64,000 nt of DNA from Bacteroidota bacterium (GTDB lineage: Bacteria; Bacteroidota; Ignavibacteria; UBA10030; UBA8401), in NCBI GenBank assembly GCA_041665525.1, contig JBAYIS010000002.1, positions 80,040 through 144,039 on the forward strand, read 5' to 3'. Made by a program: the position numbers and the translations under genes. The notes under the pieces were generated by a model. The model did no database searches and had not been told where the DNA came from. It was given only the letters and a program-made list of their open reading frames with translations. Of this stretch, positions 59,936 to 64,000 are shown in pieces (positions within the stretch are counted from its first letter, which is position 1; every line of letters begins with the position of its first letter).

Positions 59936-60418
59936 TTATTGTGAAATAATTTTCCCGAACAGATTCGCCATCTCTATTGCACCGAGTGCCGTATCATATC
60001 CTTTGTTGCCGACACTCCCTCCCGCTCGTTCCATAGCCTGTTCAAATGTATTTGTCGTAAGCACGCCGAACAGAACCGGTATTCCCCGTTCATAGGACAC
60101 ATGACCGATCCCCCGCGCACATTCTTGACAGATATAATCAAAATGCGGCGTTTCACCGCGAATCACTGCGCCAAGGCAGAGAACTGCATCATATTTTTTT
60201 TGCTGAGTGATGAGAGAAGCCACTTGCGGCAGCTCGAATGCCCCAGGGCAGCGAAATACATCCACCGTGGATGCTCCATTCTTCCGGAAACACTGCAACG
60301 CACCATCGAGAAGTTTCTGCGTCACGGTTTGGTTGAATGTGCTGACAATGATCGCAAATGTTTTATTCTGTGCGCTGACGCCCCCTTCGATCACTCTTGG
60401 AATTACTTCGGTAGCCAT
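59936..60418 (-). CDS. ribH: 6,7-dimethyl-8-ribityllumazine synthase
   Basis: Lumazine synthase motifs (FAIIVSTFN, GAFELP, LGAVIRGETPHFDY). Confidence 0.9.
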   Translation of the reverse strand: MATEVIPRVIEGGVSAQNKTFAIIVSTFNQTVTQKLLDGALQCFRKNGASTVDVFRCPGAFELPQVASLITQQKKYDAVLCLGAVIRGETPHFDYICQECARGIGHVSYERGIPVLFGVLTTNTFEQAMERAGGSVGNKGYDTALGAIEMANLFGKIISQ

Positions 60419-60439
60419 GTTCTGCGGATGCTATACCTT

Positions 60440-61282
60440 CTATTTGTTGGATGAGTTGTTGGAGAACAACCGGTGCTTCATCATGTTCACCCGGTCCTCT
60501 TCAATATAGAAATTCCCCAGCACCTCTTCATCATTTTTCTTGCCGCCGTGGAAATCCGACCCGCCGCTTTCCAGCAGGAAATATTCGTTAACCACACCGC
60601 GGTAGTACGCCGTGTGGCTTGGCTGATGAGAGGGATGGATCACTTCGATTCCGTCTAAACCGGACTTAATGGTATGATGAAGCAGTTCTTCCGTGGTGTA
60701 GCGTCCAGGATGCGCCAGAAAGGAAAGGCCTCCGGATGACGAGATGAGTTTAATCGCATCTGTAATAGTTAATTGGAACTTCTTTTCGTACGCCGGTCCG
60801 CCGTTCCCGATGAATTTTTCAAATGCCTGATGATATGAATCGATATAGCCACCATCCACCATTGCCGATGCGATATGCGGACGGCCGACAGCACCTTTTC
60901 CCGCGCGCACCATCACCGATTCGAACTTCAACGGCACATTGATGCTGTTCAGTTTTGCTACAATCCGTTCGGCGCGTTTTACCCGTTCCATCCGGAAAAA
61001 TTCGAGATATTCCAGCAAACGGGGATTGGTGTAGTCCACAAAATAGCCGAGAATGTGCACATCTTTTTCTTCAACGAGGGCGCTCAATTCAACTCCGGGA
61101 ATCACTTCAACGCCGAATTCCTTTCCGTATTCAATCGCATCCGGAAACGCCTCGACGCTATCATGGTCCGTAATGCTTATTACCGACAGACCGTGCTGCT
61201 TGCACTTCTTGATCAATTCGTACGGAGACAACATCCCGTCCGAAAACGTTGTGTGCATATGCATGTCTGCTTTTATTGTCAT
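60440..61282 (-). CDS. PHP-domain metal-dependent phosphoesterase (TrpH/YciV-like)
   Basis: N-terminal H-x-H (ADMHMHTTFSDG), ITDHDS, and C-terminal His ligands. Confidence 0.8.
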   Translation of the reverse strand: MTIKADMHMHTTFSDGMLSPYELIKKCKQHGLSVISITDHDSVEAFPDAIEYGKEFGVEVIPGVELSALVEEKDVHILGYFVDYTNPRLLEYLEFFRMERVKRAERIVAKLNSINVPLKFESVMVRAGKGAVGRPHIASAMVDGGYIDSYHQAFEKFIGNGGPAYEKKFQLTITDAIKLISSSGGLSFLAHPGRYTTEELLHHTIKSGLDGIEVIHPSHQPSHTAYYRGVVNEYFLLESGGSDFHGGKKNDEEVLGNFYIEEDRVNMMKHRLFSNNSSNK

Positions 61283-61310
61283 ACTGGATGAAATGGGGAG
61301 GCGTAAAAGA

Positions 61311-61994
61311 TCAGGAATGAAGTGATTTGAAGTTCTCGTAATCGTTGATGATCAATTTGCTCCCCTGCAACTGAACATATCCCTTTTTTATGAATTTATG
61401 AATCATGCGGGAGATAGTTTCTCGGGATGTTCCGGCCATGTTTGCCAAATCCTGCTGCAGCGGAAGTTCATCGATCTCCACTTTCCCTTTGCGAAATACA
61501 CCGACATCATCCGCCAGTTGAAGCACAACATTCGCCACTCGGCCCGCGGCATCCTTCAGAGACAGGCTCTTGATCTGTGCATCGGCTTTTCGCAATCGTC
61601 CGGTCAGTTCCCGCAAAAGTCCGATCGCCACCGAAGGATAATCAGTCATCGATTTGAGGAAATCACCGCGATGAATCATAAACAGTTCAGACTTTGACGT
61701 AGCTACAACACTGGCGGAGCGCGTAGATCCGTCCAGAATTGCCATTTCACCAAAAAAATCGCTCTCTCCCAGAATCGACAGGATCACTTCCCTGCCGTCA
61801 TCGTCCATGCGGACGATTTTGACCTTGCCCGATATAATGACAAAAAGGGCCGCACCGGTCTCTTCTTCCAGAAGTATGATGCTTCCCTTTTTATATTTCT
61901 TTCGGACGCCGAGTGCCGCAATATGCTCCAGGTCCTTGTCGCTGAGTTCAGTGAAAATAGGAACATTTCGCAGTACTTCTACTTCTTCCATCAT
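61311..61994 (-). CDS. Crp/Fnr-family transcriptional regulator (cNMP-binding plus HTH)
   Basis: cNMP-binding beta-roll (GESDFFGEMAILDG..RSASV) and a C-terminal HTH (RETISRMIHKF). Start taken at MMEEVEV. Confidence 0.85.
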   Translation of the reverse strand: MMEEVEVLRNVPIFTELSDKDLEHIAALGVRKKYKKGSIILLEEETGAALFVIISGKVKIVRMDDDGREVILSILGESDFFGEMAILDGSTRSASVVATSKSELFMIHRGDFLKSMTDYPSVAIGLLRELTGRLRKADAQIKSLSLKDAAGRVANVVLQLADDVGVFRKGKVEIDELPLQQDLANMAGTSRETISRMIHKFIKKGYVQLQGSKLIINDYENFKSLHS

Positions 61995-62093
61995 TGGAGT
62001 CACCGTCAAGTAATTGTTGTAGTTAACGCGGCTGAATAGCGTCAATATAGAGCGTGTTGTGATGAAAGTCAAGTTAAGGGCGGAGACTAAGAA

Positions 62094-63287
62094 TCACCGA
62101 AAACAGGTGATAGTTTTATTCTCTGCAGCAATAATGAGGAAATTTCTCCAGACAAGAGGTGTTGTCTTCATGCGGCTGTCCATATGTTGTTTCCATAGTA
62201 CGCTGCCGTCGGTCGGCGATAGCGCATAGATATATTCATCGAGCGCTGCAACGAAAATTGCGGTCGGGGTAATGACAGGAGTGGTGTTCACCGCACTTTT
62301 CGCTTGAAATTTCCATTGCAGTGTACCGTCCGACACTTTGTAGGTAGAAACAGTTCCATCCAGGGAAGACACATAGACGATTCCATTATTGACGGAAGGA
62401 GTTGACATGATCTTGTCCCCGACGGGGATCTTCAAATAAAGTGACCCTGTTGCTGCATCTATAATGTAAAGATTTGAGTCCCGCGAACCGACGAACAGTT
62501 TTCCATCCGAAATTGTCAAACCAGCGAAGACGGCATTACCGGTGGAGAATTTCCACAGTTCTGTTCCTGTATATTGGTCAAATGCGAACACTATCCCATC
62601 GGAATTCGCACAATAAACGGCATTGTCCTCAGCACAGGGTGATGAACGGATAGGTGATCTGGTATCAACCGACCAGCGCACAGTGCCCAATGCTGGTTGG
62701 AAGCAATAAAATTTGCCGTCCAGTCCTCCCGCAAATAGTCCGTTATCGGTGACCAACGGAGACGAAGCAACTCCACCGATATCCGCGCTCCATTGCACCT
62801 CTCCATTGTCCGTATTTATTGCGGTCAGATTTTCATCGGTAGATTCCGTTCCGAAATAGAGGAATCGCTCGAAAAACACCGGTGAAGAAGATATGGGGGA
62901 AAAACTCTTGATGTATTTTATCCTTTTGCCAGACTTGATATCCACCGCGTGTAATTCCCCCTGCAGTGTACCCATGAACAACACATCTCCGATGACGATT
63001 GGCGATCCGTTGCCGAAACCGGCAGAGGCTTCATACTCCCATGCTGTCTGCAGAGGAAATGCGAAAATGGAAGAATCACTGTACTGCCGTGCGGGTGTTT
63101 TTCCTGCCATCGGCACATCGTACGGTGAATGGTCCAACTCCGTCTGCAATTTCAGCGACGAACCGCATCCGATAATGAGGATGGAAAGGAAACCGGTGAA
63201 TCCTTTGAGGAAAGCGGAAACAGTCCTATGCACTTTCAATGATTGCCGAAACTGAAATTGTTGCGCTTGCTGCATTAGAAATCCCAT
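62094..63287 (-). CDS. PQQ-like beta-propeller repeat lipoprotein (BamB-like)
   Basis: Lipobox LIIGCGSS. Repeated A..G.LY/V..D..G..W-type PQQ blades. Confidence 0.7.
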   Translation of the reverse strand: MGFLMQQAQQFQFRQSLKVHRTVSAFLKGFTGFLSILIIGCGSSLKLQTELDHSPYDVPMAGKTPARQYSDSSIFAFPLQTAWEYEASAGFGNGSPIVIGDVLFMGTLQGELHAVDIKSGKRIKYIKSFSPISSSPVFFERFLYFGTESTDENLTAINTDNGEVQWSADIGGVASSPLVTDNGLFAGGLDGKFYCFQPALGTVRWSVDTRSPIRSSPCAEDNAVYCANSDGIVFAFDQYTGTELWKFSTGNAVFAGLTISDGKLFVGSRDSNLYIIDAATGSLYLKIPVGDKIMSTPSVNNGIVYVSSLDGTVSTYKVSDGTLQWKFQAKSAVNTTPVITPTAIFVAALDEYIYALSPTDGSVLWKQHMDSRMKTTPLVWRNFLIIAAENKTITCFR

Positions 63288-64000
63288 CCGAAAAAGAATT
63301 GATAAAATAATCCTGTCTGCAGCTCATTGAAATCATCCAATATCCGTTTTCCTACATCATAGCGCAGGACCAGGAATCCTCCAATATTCCACCGCAAGCC
63401 AGTACCGATGCTGCCGATGGTTGAGTGATATGTCTTATCCCACGCAGACCCGGCATCGAAGAATGCAGCCGCACGGAAGGAACCAAGGCCAAAATTCGCA
63501 AACGGGAATTTTACCGCAAGCTGATCGATAAATGGAAAGCGGAGTTCATGGCTCATCAGCCACAATTTTTTTCCCCGGATGGACCATCGCGGCCAGCCGC
63601 GCAAATCCCAACTGCCTCCCATGAAAAATCTCCGCGCCTCCTCCCCTTCGTTCATCATCACCGTGAACCGCGACGCCAGGGACGTTCTATCGCTCATCCT
63701 GTTATACATCCTGTAATCAGCGATGGCGGTATAATATCCCACATTCCCGTATTGCACATCCTGAGTATACGCCATCGTCGTCAGAAAACGGGAACCATCG
63801 ATCGGCCCCGTTTGCATCCACAGGGAATTGTCATGTACAAATGTGACTGAATTGGAGAGGATGAGTGCCTTCCGCGGACGCAGACTGATATAATTGTCCT
63901 TGTCCGAATTACTGAAACTGATGCCGGCTTCGATCCGCTCGAATTTGGAAAGCGGATAACTCAGAACGAAATAACTGCCGAAGCTCCGTTCGTAGTAGTA
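63275..64000 (-). CDS. outer-membrane beta-barrel protein, C-terminal part only (Omp85/BamA-like); gene continues beyond right edge
   Basis: The frame is open from 64000 down to the stop at 63275. It is G/Y/F-rich and ends in ...FYQFFFGWDF, an aromatic terminal beta-signal. It lies adjacent to the BamB-like lipoprotein. Confidence 0.5.
   Translation of the reverse strand, partial: YYYERSFGSYFVLSYPLSKFERIEAGISFSNSDKDNYISLRPRKALILSNSVTFVHDNSLWMQTGPIDGSRFLTTMAYTQDVQYGNVGYYTAIADYRMYNRMSDRTSLASRFTVMMNEGEEARRFFMGGSWDLRGWPRWSIRGKKLWLMSHELRFPFIDQLAVKFPFANFGLGSFRAAAFFDAGSAWDKTYHSTIGSIGTGLRWNIGGFLVLRYDVGKRILDDFNELQTGLFYQFFFGWDF

Overview
This 64 kb window looks like a Gram-negative chromosome of the FCB group (Bacteroidota, Ignavibacteriota or Chlorobi-like). 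The evidence is many type IX secretion (T9SS, Por) C-terminal sorting domains (N-Y/F-P-N-P-F-N-P-S-T ... Y-F-Y-R-L ... K-K-(M/L)-(V/L)-L-(L/M)-K), lipobox lipoproteins, AAGGAG-type ribosome-binding sites and roughly 50% GC. The window has three parts. (1) Positions 1-19.2 kb are an accessory surface-protein island, entirely on the minus strand. It holds seven paralogous genes for DUF3494 (ice-binding-like beta-helix) domain proteins, eight domain copies in total. The domain is fused to different partners: T9SS C-terminal domains, lipoprotein anchors, an FN3-like array, and internally duplicated domains. Interleaved with them are an outer-membrane beta-barrel protein, an OmpA-family protein and a 10x-repeat T9SS protein. 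(2) Positions 19.2-36.2 kb are a regulatory and secreted-enzyme region. It has a CsbD-like protein, a LuxR-type response regulator, tRNA-Arg(TCT), a 1,884-aa multi-PAS/GAF hybrid histidine kinase and a Cys-cluster histidine kinase. A sigma54 (NtrC-type) response regulator sits just upstream of a near-consensus sigma54 promoter. That promoter drives a tiny T9SS-CTD protein and a subtilisin (S8) with a long C-terminal extension. A BNR-repeat T9SS protein follows. (3) Positions 36.2-64 kb are conserved housekeeping genes: msrB, an M14-like peptidase, tig-clpP-clpX, rsmE, an Omp85-family outer-membrane protein, gcvP, rnc, and the classic yceD-rpmF-plsX-fabH-fabD-fabG-acpP-fabF cluster. After these come ribH, a PHP phosphoesterase, a Crp/Fnr regulator, a PQQ-propeller lipoprotein and a partial Omp85-like outer-membrane protein. 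Two small selfish-looking cassettes interrupt the housekeeping genes: a GIY-YIG gene inside the fab cluster and a GxxExxY gene after gcvP. Several MITE-like or REP-like intergenic repeat elements and clean rho-independent terminators are also visible. No CRISPR array, transposase or integrase was seen.
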